Position numbers and translations under genes: made by a program. A stretch of DNA of 64,000 nucleotides, taken from contig OZ320317.1 of NCBI GenBank assembly GCA_976226885.1, positions 51,894,001-51,958,000 on the forward strand, in the 5' to 3' direction. Source of the DNA: Iphione sp. A-MEVVRFRX5 (Eukaryota). The notes beneath the pieces are model-generated. The model ran no database searches. It was not told the origin of the DNA and saw only the letters and a list, made by a program, of their open reading frames with translations. Positions 13,051 to 25,600 of the stretch are shown piece by piece. Position 1 is the stretch's first letter. Each line of letters opens with the position of its first letter.

Positions 13051-13624
13051 CTCCAAAGTTTTCTCTACAACAGCTTAAATCCAGTGAGATGTCACATTAA
13101 CAAAGTACGTGACTCCACGGTGGACTCCTACCTTCTCCACCGTGAATAACGTCCGTAACCCCGCACCCGAAAAACGATTGCTTCTCCCCTTCGACTGTTC
13201 CTTTCCAAGGGGGAGATATTTGGCCACTCCAGTCGAGGACGAGCGCCCGACAGCAGGGATGGATTGTCAAAATGTGCTTACTAAACGATCTATCATAGCA
13301 AGGAAGTTTCGGCGTTGCGGGTAGGAAAGTAAGTAAACTGTTCCCCGACCCTTTACCTTAGTTCCTGATTATACTTAGGCAGTGGCTAAGAACAAAACAA
13401 TCCTCTTCTCAAATGTGTTTCCGCAGAACATTTACCATGATGATCACGGCCGTCGAAATCCCCGGATGAGGCGAACTTCCGGTACTTCCGGGATGATTGC
13501 GCATGTCTGAGACGTGGTCGCGCATGCGGATAGCTATCAAAATAGGTAAGATGGCCGCGTGAGAGAGTTAGAGTTCTGTCTGCTTGCAGGTTTGCTGTCT
13601 GCCGTTTGAAATTATAGTGCCAGC
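13051..13624. promoter_or_regulatory. Bidirectional promoter and 5'UTRs shared by LRRFIP (minus) and GOLGA4 (plus)
   Basis: 574 bp between divergent ATGs and CpG-rich. Tandem ACTTCCGG ETS sites at 13475-13482 and 13484-13491; TGCGCATGT (13498-13506) and CGCGCATGCG (13519-13528) NRF1-like; AAGATGGCCGC (13548-13558) YY1-like. Confidence 0.75.
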
Positions 13625-13699
13625 ATGTTCAAGAAACTGAAACAGAAGATTGAGGAAGGAGTTGCTAATTCTCCTGTCCGGGCGCAAGTACAACAGAAA
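13625..13699 (+). CDS. GOLGA4: GOLGA4 exon 1 (MFKKLKQKIEEGVANSPVRAQVQQK)
   Basis: 75 nt, AAA|gtaag donor, phase 0. Confidence 0.93.
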
Positions 13700-16600
13700 G
13701 TAAGACCGCGATGTCCATCCCACAATATGTAATTTTTCTGCTTCCACGGTAGACTCCCCAGGATTGCCGTCATCTGTGGGACTATGCTGTCGTGTGTTTT
13801 GGCCCCTGTTTTGTGCCTAACACACTTTCTAATGTACATGTATTTCTTGGTTCCTTCTTATTTCTTGCAAAACTACTTCTGTGAGAATGTTTGTTATTTT
13901 CACGCTAAAAATATGAATGTTCCTCCCTGGTGACAGTCCTGTCGTGCCACTCCTGCCCTGACACTGTGCTTGCATGCTCTCGTTATATTTTTTTTTCTAC
14001 CAAGGAGGTGTTAAAAGAAAACATGTAAATTATTATAAGCGTAGTTTTGACTTTCAGTTTTCTTATTGAAAGTAACATGATTTTTATCGGATTTGTTTCC
14101 ATGTTATAAATTTTCTGGAACCTAGCAATGCCCCGCCCACTCAACTAAGCACAGGGTGGGTCACTAGTCGATATGATCCACTCTGGTCGAAATAAGCCAA
14201 CCTATTGGTTGGTATGATTCATCAGTATTTAATGATACCATATATTACTTCCAAATACATTAATTAACCTGTACAGGTCTTCAAAGAAACTATGTAAGGT
14301 AAAATTTTAGTTTACCGATCCCAACAGAACTACTTTTAGTGTCAGTCCTAACCCTAACCCTACACTAAATTTGGTATCCCTAAATTGGGGGGGGGACCCC
14401 CCCACCCCCCCTGTATGGCTGGGGTGTGATATTGCTGGCATAGTAATATGTGTTAGGATCATATCAAGAGCCTAATTTTCTTTTCAATTTTAGTGACCAC
14501 AATTTTTCACATGCATAGAACAAGAAGTGCTTGACATTTCCTCCGATTTCAAGTTACAAAAAGAGTGCTTACTGAATGACATCATACTTCTTAGCCATAT
14601 CTTTGGTTAAGCGATGTAGTTGTGTGAGTTTATGAGTGTCATAGGAGTTTCCATTATCTTAGAGATATGGGTCAACTATACCTCTTGATAAATTGTCCCA
14701 TTGTAGCCCCGCCTGTCATAGCTAGGGAAATTCACGTTACCGGCAATATCACACGTTTTTATGTTATTTTTTCATTAATTTGGCTCTTTATTAAGTTGAA
14801 TATTTTCAGTCTAGTCATTTCTTTAAATTAATGGCAGTTTGTTAAGATCGTTAACTTGTGTGTGATGGTTTGGATTAGGTAACTGCCTGACAATACCTTC
14901 GTAAGGAAACTGCTTGGTCAAATTTAATGTAGTGAACAGGGGGAGGATCTTAGGTGAACCCAAGACACCAAAGCCTTGGTGGATAAAACCAGGAGTTCAT
15001 ATGGAACAGTTATTAGGAGCTCCTCTCATTAACCGTAAGGAATTAGGGTAATTGCACAGTGTCAGCATTATGTTACATAAAATATTAATGAATTTAAAGG
15101 TTTACATTGTGTACAGCCGGACATATTCAGCATGTGGAGCCGGAGAGGTGCCTGGCGATTTCGGACCGCGACAATTTCGGACCAGTGACCTCGGACCACA
15201 ATAGTGATTTCGGACCACATCGGGAAAGTGATTTCGGACCATGGGGTGGTGGTGGCGGCGGCGGCGGCGGCTGCTGTTGTAGACACGGGGGGGGGGGGTC
15301 AGACAGGGGCTGTCACCTATTCTGGTGAAGCGTTATTATTTGTCTCTGCAATTAAGCTTTAAGCGTTATGAAGCATTTACTGGTGAACGTTATATAAAAA
15401 CAATTCTTGGTGAAACGCTATTTCCTCCTTTAAGTGTTACAGATGAAATCTCGGTGAAATCTGTCCCCTCTGAGTCCCCTGGCCTCCCTGATATTTCCTC
15501 AAAGAAGGGAGGTGGACTCACATCAAAGACAGTAGAAAGGTGCTACTGACACTCAGTGTCACAGGCCGCTGTAGCGCGAAAATCGGCGGCTGTAGCGCGA
15601 AAATCGGCGGCTGTAGCGCGAAAATCGGCGGCCGTAGCATGAAAATCCGTCCCCTCTGAAGTCCCCTGGCCTCTCTGATATGGCCTGGTCCGAAATCACC
15701 ATGTATGGTCCGAAATCACCTGGTCCGAAATCACCTAGGTCCGAAATCGCGGTAAATCGCCGGAGATATTTGAGGGGTTTCTTATGAATGAGTGATACAA
15801 GTGTTTCTAGATATATGTATTTAACATTTACAAACTTTAAGTATATACAATAAAGTGGTTTTAACTACGGACATTAAAACACAGTCACATAAAGTAGAGT
15901 TTAAAGGGCGATGAAAGGAGTGGCGCAGAAATTTACAGTCAGTACTCAAAAACCAAACAATCGCTTTTTTAGGAGATTTTGTTCAGATTTTGGATAATTT
16001 GGATGTTGAATTGTGGCCCAAGGCCAGATTTCAGCATTATCTTCATAGTCTAAAATGTGACCAGAGCTGTGACTGCGATGTTTCCCACCAAATCGGCAAA
16101 ATTCGGGAAAATTGGTCCGAAAATCGGCAAAATGCAGCCAAAGTGGTCTAAAAATTGGCAAAACTCGGCCAAATTCATACAGAAATCAGCCAAATTCGTT
16201 CAAAAATTGTTCAGATTCCAAATATAAATGTTTGGTTATTTTTACAGTGAAATGCAGTTTTTCCCAGTCAAATTTGTTTGGATTTGGAAAAAACTCGGGG
16301 CTCGAGTGTTTGGCTTTGGAGTATTGTCTGTGTATGTATATATTTATACATACAAGTATAAATGTATACTGGTACGTAGATGAACGACCATTTCTTATGC
16401 AGCGTTGTGCAACCACTTGCGTGTTAATCCACATAGAAATATGCCTGTAAGAAAAGCCGTTGACTTCAACACATTTTTGCTACATCTTATGGAGATACAA
16501 ATGTTTGCTTTTATTCATCTTCAGTTCCAACAGTTCTTGTCAAAAGATGATGAAAACGAGGTAAATTTGTTGGTCGACTTGTGCTATTTTGTAATGCTTG

Positions 16601-19600
16601 TTCTAACCTTATCATAATACTAATCATGTTCTCTAGTTTGATCTACCTGCTTGCAACCAGTATCCTTCCAGTGCACCATGCAGTCATTTTGAGTGTGATA
16701 GTGGCGTATAAGTGACGTGTAGTACTCATGACAGGTAATCTTTAGTAGTGGAAAGTTCAGAGTCTCTTGCCCCCGTCCTTCACATACATGTAGTATCACA
16801 TGACTGTGCTAATAACCATAATAATCAATATCTAACTCATTCTACATGGTATGATGAACTCGATAAGCGCTCTGTTTGTTTCATTACAATTTCTATTTTG
16901 AAAGGAGATTCGGTGGTGTAAAACCAGCGCTGTATAGTAATTAAGGTTGTAATCAACCAGGTGCTCCAGTAGGCATCTCTCGTATTAATGTTGTTTTTTA
17001 AAACACTAAGCCACCTAGAATATGTCTCACTTTGGATGAAATAATGCATCACATTACACGGTTGCATACTGTTTGGTGTCTACTAGCACGGTGTGCATAC
17101 ACTTAGGTTAGGCTTGTGTGTCCCTTTGTTTACGCAGTGTCAGAATATCTAAAACTGAGACAATAAATATTCCGCCTATACTTCGGTTGTCACTGATGTG
17201 CAGTGAATGGATAAAAAAAAAATACAGCTAGAATGCTTACGCATGTATCTAATTGTCCGTAGCGATCTTTTTTGGTGTGCACATGTTAATACATAAAATT
17301 ATGCCCTCCCCTCCCAGAAGCCATAATGAGGAGGAAGTTCATAATATCACACTAGAAGCAACGTTAGCTTTTCTTAGATAGTTTGCATGTGAACTATGCA
17401 CGTGTTTATTTTCATTAGCATTCTATGTCAGTCACAAGATCCTGACAGTTAAGCATGATGAACAGAGTAAGCTGCGTTTAATCACAAGCTTTTTAAGTGT
17501 CAGAGAAATGCATTTCAAATGTTGGAGTTCTTTTATAGGAGCTGTTATGGATTATAAATCTAGTCGCACTGTTGCCAAATTGACATGGGGATACATGGGT
17601 CGTTCAGACATTTTCGTCATGGATTAGGGCACCAACACGACAGTGGCACTTCATTAAGCTTACACGTTGTGAACATCTTTTTGTTCTACTTGAAACATCT
17701 TCTAATCTTGACTTTAAACAGTTTAGTACAAGTTGCTGTTGTGTTAATGATTGTCAGTGCCAGTGAAGAGTATGCCCTTGTCATGCGATACAGAGATAGA
17801 ATTGAAAAACACGCACTCGCACATGTATGTAGTGACAAAGGCTGCACGAGAGATTGACATGAATTTTTCAGTTCATAATGCATAGTATGCATAGTAGCAC
17901 TTAGTTTCCACACAGGCTAGATAGTGATCGAATTGCTCCAGCGTATCTTCAGTGGTGGCAATACTGGATAAGACATGACGAAATTGTCCTTATTATTTGC
18001 AAACAACGGTAGTAATTTAAAATAGGGAGCTATTATCATCACTTAAATAAGGATGAGTCACATGAATTTCATGGGTAAATAAAGGTAAATTCAGGCTGAT
18101 ACATAAAAACGGGTCGGAATATAGTATATTTCATTATACCCCAAGTGTTTACTTTATTCTGCTGAATTTTGATTGAAATTTCCTACGTTTAGATTTGCGT
18201 GTCAGTTACTGGTTAGTGTTTGTTCTCCATCGACTACAGGTATACGTTTTAATATGTTGATAACACAACTTTAGTGTTTCTTCAGTTACTTTGCACATAT
18301 CTCTCGTTTCCACTGTTACACCGTTTCTATTTGTTGCTCTGTGTGAAGTGATCTTATTGTGAGAATACATAGCGAAGTTTTGATGTCTTCTAATCAAATT
18401 TTAAAAAGAACTATCGGATCATGATAAAAGACTGCTTTTACATTTGTTTGGAGTACATTTCCTGGTTCATTTAACAATTTCCCGACTGTAGGTTCATCGT
18501 AACCCTTAATACAGAAAATATAAGAATTGATAAGGGGCCCAGCTTAACTAATTAGATAGAGTGAGAGACCATTTGGGTAGTTTTCCTAGTTTAAACTTGC
18601 ATTTCCAGATTAGGAATGCATTTGACAATATGGTCATGTAAATTATTTGGACCTCTTGGACAGAAAAATGCGAAAATCTCGCATTTCATAATGTGATAAA
18701 TATTTCACTGTTCTCCTGACACTCTATATGTTCATGTAAGCTGTCTAAAATCTTAGTTCTTCTCACGATTCCCTGACAAATACGTTTGTGTAAAGCATTG
18801 TTTGTACGATAGGTAAACTGCATTTTTAATGTTTTCTTACTTGGTCGTTAGATTTTATATGGCTATTGAAGTGCGTATCACAATGCACGTACTGTTATTG
18901 GAGTTTTAAGTGTGCTGTCTACGGCCATATCACGCTTAACACATTTGCATATATGTATCGCACGAGAACCGGTGTGTTAAAGTGTGTTTTTTTGCTGTAG
19001 ACACCAGATGGCGCTAGTGCAGATAGCGGGACATTACACAACACACCCAATAGCCGACGACTCGTAAGTACATTTAGTTAATCACAGTTGTAAAGAAGGG
19101 GATTCAGCAGTGTTTAAATATTGTGATGTCGTAAATTATCTCGTATGAAAAGGGGGATCCAATGACACACTGGTACATGTACAAATGTGCAAATATTATG
19201 TAATAATAGTACTACTCAATATATAAATAATACCACTTAGTATATAAGGAGTTATTTAACGTTTCCTGTCGACAATATCCTACCTGAAGAAGGGGAGTAG
19301 ACACATTAAAAGCTTGTGCTTTCAAATTGAGCCAACCTGATCAACACTAATCGGGTTATAGCCGGTTTTCATTTACTAAGTAATAAAAAATAACAAGTAA
19401 AAATAAGTTTTAGCAATGCAGAAGCTTTTCTTATGAGGATTTTTAATATTCTGGAACTATTGCTGTCCACCCGTATCACAGTCTTGTGGGTCATATAACT
19501 TCAATACCCTAGAGTGAAATAAAATGATTTCTTAGTATGATATCCCACTATCTGATTCTCAAGTCATATGAACGGATTTTAATGTGAAAAAAATAGGCAA

Positions 19601-22600
19601 CATTTAATTGTTTCTCTGTGCTTTTCTTCACCATTTTTAATTAGTATCGTACTCTTAATACCCGAGTAGATAATTAATGACTCTAAGCCATGTATCCTTG
19701 TGTGCAGCTCGACAGAACAGAATGTTGGTCGCCCACCAGGTAGAGTACAGCTGGCTGGGACTATAGACCGCATAGGTCAACTTTCGTTTATCAGATAGCA
19801 TTGATATAATGTTCTTGATTGATGCAGGCAGTTCAGGATGAGACGCCCACCAAAGGTTGGACCTCGAATGAAGACGAACTTACCCCAGCTGGTGAACTTG
19901 TTTCCGTACAGGTCAGAAAGTTACCTTGCCCAGTTCTTAAATGAAGTTGAAGTTGTACGATACTGTTGCAAATAGCATCGTTCATTAGAGAAAACAGGCA
20001 GCTCGCTTCTTGTACACAGGTCCTTATTACTGTTTTCCAAAGACAAAACGAAGACGTTGCCTTATAGAAGGCTGCTTATGAATTATTTGATCGTTCTCAA
20101 GCGGAAGGCAGGTATCCTAGGCTACACCAGACTACTAAGTGTTACAAAACTGACGTCCTGGCATATCTTATATTTAGTGGGATCAGATCAAAACTGATAC
20201 TCTGACAGAATTTTATTGGGTGGGATTAGCCGGAACAGTCAGTACAAGCTTCAACAACATTGCAATACGCATTAGTTTCCTTTCTGTTTAAGGTTGAATT
20301 GTGGGAAGTTATTTTTTCAAATGTTTCAATGAAAAAAAAAGTTCAGAAGTTCAATTCAAAATAAAGTCAATTCAAAAGCAAAAGCAATTCAAATTCAAGT
20401 TTACATCGTTGGCATTATGCATTCAGTGTATACTGGCCTCCTACAGAAGACTTGTTTATTAAAGGAAAGTCTATTAAGGAACAGAGACATCAACAAATTC
20501 TTTAAAGTCGGTGCTGTAATTGTCAGCCAACATATTTTGACATGTTGAAAGCTACAAATATATCTGCAGGAAGAGCTCACAATACTATTAGCAGCGGTAG
20601 TGATACAAGTATAGCAAATGGAATTGTATCCATCAGTTGATTTCCCTCTACTAAGTTTTGGCATGACACAACAAAACCCTTCCCCATGATAGAATTGCCA
20701 GGGAAGCCCATGTTATTTAAATTTTGAAGACAAAGGAAGCACACGTCTCTCCAAAACGTAGTCTTCCGTGGTGACTTTAAGTTCACTCATCTCCCGATCT
20801 GTCTCTTTGTTACCACTAGTCCGACGGCCCGGCGCGCCTGTCCGTCACACAGTCGGGTGTCGATGTGCTCGCTACGCCAACTGGCGGCGGCCATAATGAC
20901 CCTCCCAGTGTGTACAGTACACCAGCCGAGCACGCTCTGCACCACCATGACACATCTGCCTTCAGCATCAGTGAGCTGCCGCCCACGCCCGTCCGCTCGC
21001 GGACGTCGTCGGTGAGCTCCCAGTCGAGTGAGGCGGGCCTCTTCTCACCACTGAGCCTGCCGTCACGTCAGTACGTGCTGCCATCGGACGTGGAGAGTGA
21101 GGTGGAGGACAGCTCAGGGGTGGCACTCGGCTCTGTATCCAAAGAGCAACTGCACCACTACTTCCGACAGATGCAGCGGCGCAGCGAGAAGTACAAGAGC
21201 AAGTTCACACAGGTAGGGGTAGGCTACTGGCAGGCGCCTCACGGTCCTGTATGTCACAAGCTATTACCATAACTTATACAATGTTAGTACTGTGTATGAC
21301 TGACAATTACCTTCTCTTCTCTATCTCCTAGTGACCCACTGCAAGACTATTTAGGCCGTGTTTCAATGAATCTGTATCTGTTGAGTGCTTGCAGGGTGGT
21401 TTTAACAGGGAAATACGGTCATACGCGAGCAAACAGAAGTGTTTTGATGGGTGTTGCGCATACGTGCATATTCTTGGTGCATGCATTTAGCAATGTCTGA
21501 AATGACCAATTACCATAAGTTTCACGCACCATGTTCTACAGACCTGCGTGATATACGGTAAGGTATAGGAGCCTTAGAAACGGGCTTAGAATATGTCAAG
21601 CTGAGAGTATATCAGAACAAATGTAAAAGAAACTGATCATCTTTCCTGCAAGCCCTTTGTACGCGTGCACCAAAATTGCAGTCATTAAAACACGGCCTAA
21701 GTCTGATTTAAGCATCATGTAACATCCAATGCAATGGGTAATATTTCATAAACGGGAGCTATTTCCTGAATGGAAAGCTAAAGACTTTAGCTTTCCTGAA
21801 TGGAAAGCTAAAGAAGAAAATGGCGTCTCATGAACTTGAAATGGTATCGGTCAACAAAATCATTTTGGCACTTTTGATTTGCAGGTTATGAATGCATACA
21901 GAGAATTGGAACGTGAACGGGATAAGCTGAAGGTAAACCACCACTAATTGAGGGCAGTTTCTCTTTGGCTCTGTGAGTTGGGCCAGTAATACAAAGTCAG
22001 CAGTTTCAGAACCATAGTCAAATCCACATTCATTTTTAGCCAAGAAAAAATTGATTGGCAATAACTTTTTTGTCAAACTTGCTGGGTGATACATAGTATC
22101 TTTATTATCGTTGTTTTTCGAAATTCTCTTCTGCTACATGCATTCTGCCTTTAATTGTATAACAATATCTGTTTCCCAAGACAAACCTGACGACGTCTCA
22201 AGACCGCGCCTTCCGACGCATCTCAGAGTTAAAGGAGCAGATCCAGCTGGACCAACTGGCCAAGCAGGACTTGGAGGCCAACTACCGTCTCATGCTGGAG
22301 GAAAAGGACGAACTGGCCAAAGTGCTAAAGACACAGGTGAGAGAAAAATAGATGGCTAATCAGGCGAGGATGAGTACAGATTGGCTTGATATACATGTAG
22401 GTGTATACTGGCCCCTGTGTGTATACGTCTGTTGCATACATTGCTGTCTGTGTATGTCTACTTACTTCATGGCTTAACAGGTGGTAGCGTACTTTTGATC
22501 CACTCACCCTGATATTCCCATCCTCCCTCGGCCACCAGTAGGTATTGTGAGGTAACATGAGTTGATTTCGCTAGTATGTCGTTCTGGTCTTTCCTCTAAA

Positions 22601-25600
22601 GCACACTAAATCATATAAGACATATATACAATACAAAACAGTACTCAAGGGCATACTAATTGACGTGGTATAAAATACTGGTTTTACGCAGATAAACAGA
22701 CAGACAGAAAGACAAACAGAGGTGCTCTTGCCTTTATCCTTATCCCCAGGAGACAGCCAAAAGAGACATCCCACTGGGCATGTTGGAGAAGTCACCCCTG
22801 TTAAGTGGCAGTTGATTCGCAATTTCCATAAGGTTGCCTGTGTCTTGTTCAGTTATGTCTTTCTATAGCAACATGCCAAACACTGCACACTAAACATCAT
22901 ACTTTTTACAGTACATAATGAATGACATGCCACAAGGTAAATGTAGTATACATAAGATGACGTGATGTAAGCCAGACATGACACATGTAAGGATACATGT
23001 ACACTGCCCACAGGGTTGTTTAGCATGCAGTTTACACAGTACACAACCCCTCATACTCGCTCCTCTAGGCAGCCTCTACGACATTTCTGATTCATAACAT
23101 GTTCCTAAGGACTCGTTTTCACTTTCTTGCTCTGCCCACCCTGTCTCAGATCCAGCTTCTGAAGGATGGGAAGGAGTTGCCTGAGGAGCTCATGAAGAAG
23201 CTAGCTGCAGCGGCAGCTGCAGAAGGGAAGCTTCCTGGAGCAGAAACCACGGCTGGCTCTCCACCACCAGAGGGCACTACGGTTAACACAGCTGCCCTCA
23301 AAGAGAAGGTAACTGCTTCATAGTGCTTGAACTTCAAACAAACTGACAGATCACATGTGCTTGAACTTCAAACAAACTGACAGATCACATGGCAAACTTA
23401 TGCACACTGGGGAAGGAGGATGTTTACACGTGCCCATCAAAAGTTATCACCTATGATGCAGGCACCCGTGAAAGATTTAGATTTCCAATAATAGGAACCT
23501 ATTTTAAGGGAAGAGACTAAGTGTTAACCCATTGGAGGGTGTTCTTTCCTAAAGGCGGGGCTATAAGACAAGAATGCCTGCAGAAGGCGGGATGCTGTAT
23601 CATAATATGAATATGAATTAACATTTTGTCAATTATACAAGGAAAACTATATTTCATGGCATGTTTTACTAAATAAGCTTGGGATTCAGTCGTTTAAACA
23701 ATCATTAATGTCATACTTTGACTTTTGTTGGTGAATATGATGAATAATCACTCATTTTAGATAATGCCTTAAGGCATTATCCGTCCTAGCCTGGGAATGC
23801 CCTAAGGCATTATCCGCCCTTATAGGGTTAATGAAAAGAAACTTCAAAGGTTATCTTATCAACAATAATGTAGGTACGGCGTTTGGAAGTCCTTCTCAGC
23901 AAGTGTAAAGACACAATCAAGAATAACAAGGAGCGCATGGCACAGGTGAACAATGACCGAGACAATATTCAGAAGCAGCTTGAGGAGAAAGAGGTTGAGC
24001 TTGCCACCTACAAGGTAAAGCATCTGCAGTACTTAGTATGTGCGGCGTGTTTATGACAACCTTGGTATGTAGTTAGTGGTAATCTTAGCTGGAGAGGGGA
24101 CTCATGTTAGAGATAGCTGTAAGGTGCTACCGCATGTACATGTATTAGATGCATACAAGTTAACAGTTGTCACAGTTGTCAGGTGTTCAGAGGCACTCCC
24201 ACCAGACTTTCTTATAATTTATTTTTCTAGTTCTACTCTAAAAAAAACCAGTCTGAGCAGAAGTACTGTGCCCCGTACGATTTATATATGTTTCGTCAGT
24301 CATATGGATTCTCTGTTACTGAAGGAAGCTGCTCAGTATATTGTCTACATTTTATATATCTTCATTTATATTCACATAGGAAAATGGACACAAGGAGCGA
24401 ACGAAGCTGCAGGCACAAATCCAAGAGGCACGGAAGCTTCTGGAAGATATGGAGACTGACAAGGCAATGATGGTAGCAGAGGTGAAGCAGCAGATGCATG
24501 TTGCCATGGAAATGAAGGACCAAGAGCTTGAAAGTACACGCAATGCATGCCTAGCTTTGCGGAAAGAAAAGGATGAACTGGACGCCAAAATCCAGATGCT
24601 AGAGAAAAATGGTAAGATTCCCCATGGTCGGAATAATTCTTAAAAATTAGATTTTTAGGCTTCTTTATGCAAAAAAAGTATTATTGTCTAGAGCTATCTT
24701 CTGCAGTGTATATTCTTCATATACTCAATTATGTGTCCCGAAAATGTTACAGTAACAAATAAGAATGACTGCATGGATGGATGATGAGGTGTATCATCAA
24801 ATAAGGACAAGAAATAGACTATTCAGGAAAGTGAAAAGAACAAAAATAGTTATTTTTTTGAAAGCTTTTAGTTATTTCCTTGGGTGATAGCAGACACATA
24901 GTGTACATAAATGACCAGGTAACAGTATATACAACATCATAATAGTGAAATGAGATGAGATGCGTATCCGCCAGTTTACCTTGTAGTACAATGTAATGTT
25001 TCTGTAAGCATGTCAATACTGAACTCAGTACATGTTAATAATATTTTTGTTTTGTGGATATGATTGAATTGATTGTGTGTGGGGACATTAAACTAAAGGC
25101 ATTGTTATTCTCATAGCTTGCCCTTACTGGGTCTCAGTTCTTCCGCCACTTAAACTTTTACATAGTACCCCTGGCCTAATATCATCAACAACTCTGCTCA
25201 TAGCAATGATGTCTTCCTATTGACCCATTATATTTTTCGAATCTCCATCATTCTAATCACTAAATTTAGGATTTTATGGTACCAGAAAATTTTCAGTGCT
25301 AAACTTGGCTTGTGACATTTTTTTCAATTAGATCCTAATTTTTTAAGGGTCAAGTTCATTCCTTAAGGCCACAGGGAAGCTGTTAAACAGCTTTGTGCCT
25401 GTATACTCGATTGAGTTATGTGCCAGCTCAATTTTAATTAATTTTGTCGGTCCCAATAATAATCTTCTTGTGCATGGTTGATAATATCATGAGTGGTTCT
25501 CTATGTTTCCTGATATCTCACATATTCTTCTATAGATTTGGGCAGTCTGAATCTCATGGCCAACGGTAGAATACGTAATTCAGTAAGCAAGTTTTTGTTT

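Noticed and set aside
13546-13589. gtaag...ttgcag mini-intron in the GOLGA4 5'UTR
   Set aside because: Only 44 nt and overlapping the YY1-like motif near the likely TSS; unsupported without reads.
14346-14361. CCCTAA telomere-like units
   Set aside because: Only about 2.5 units; too short to call an interstitial telomere.
17600-18000. Inverted match gacattttcgtcatg / catgacgaaattgtc
   Set aside because: Short, with no defined termini or TSD; possibly an old MITE but not supportable.
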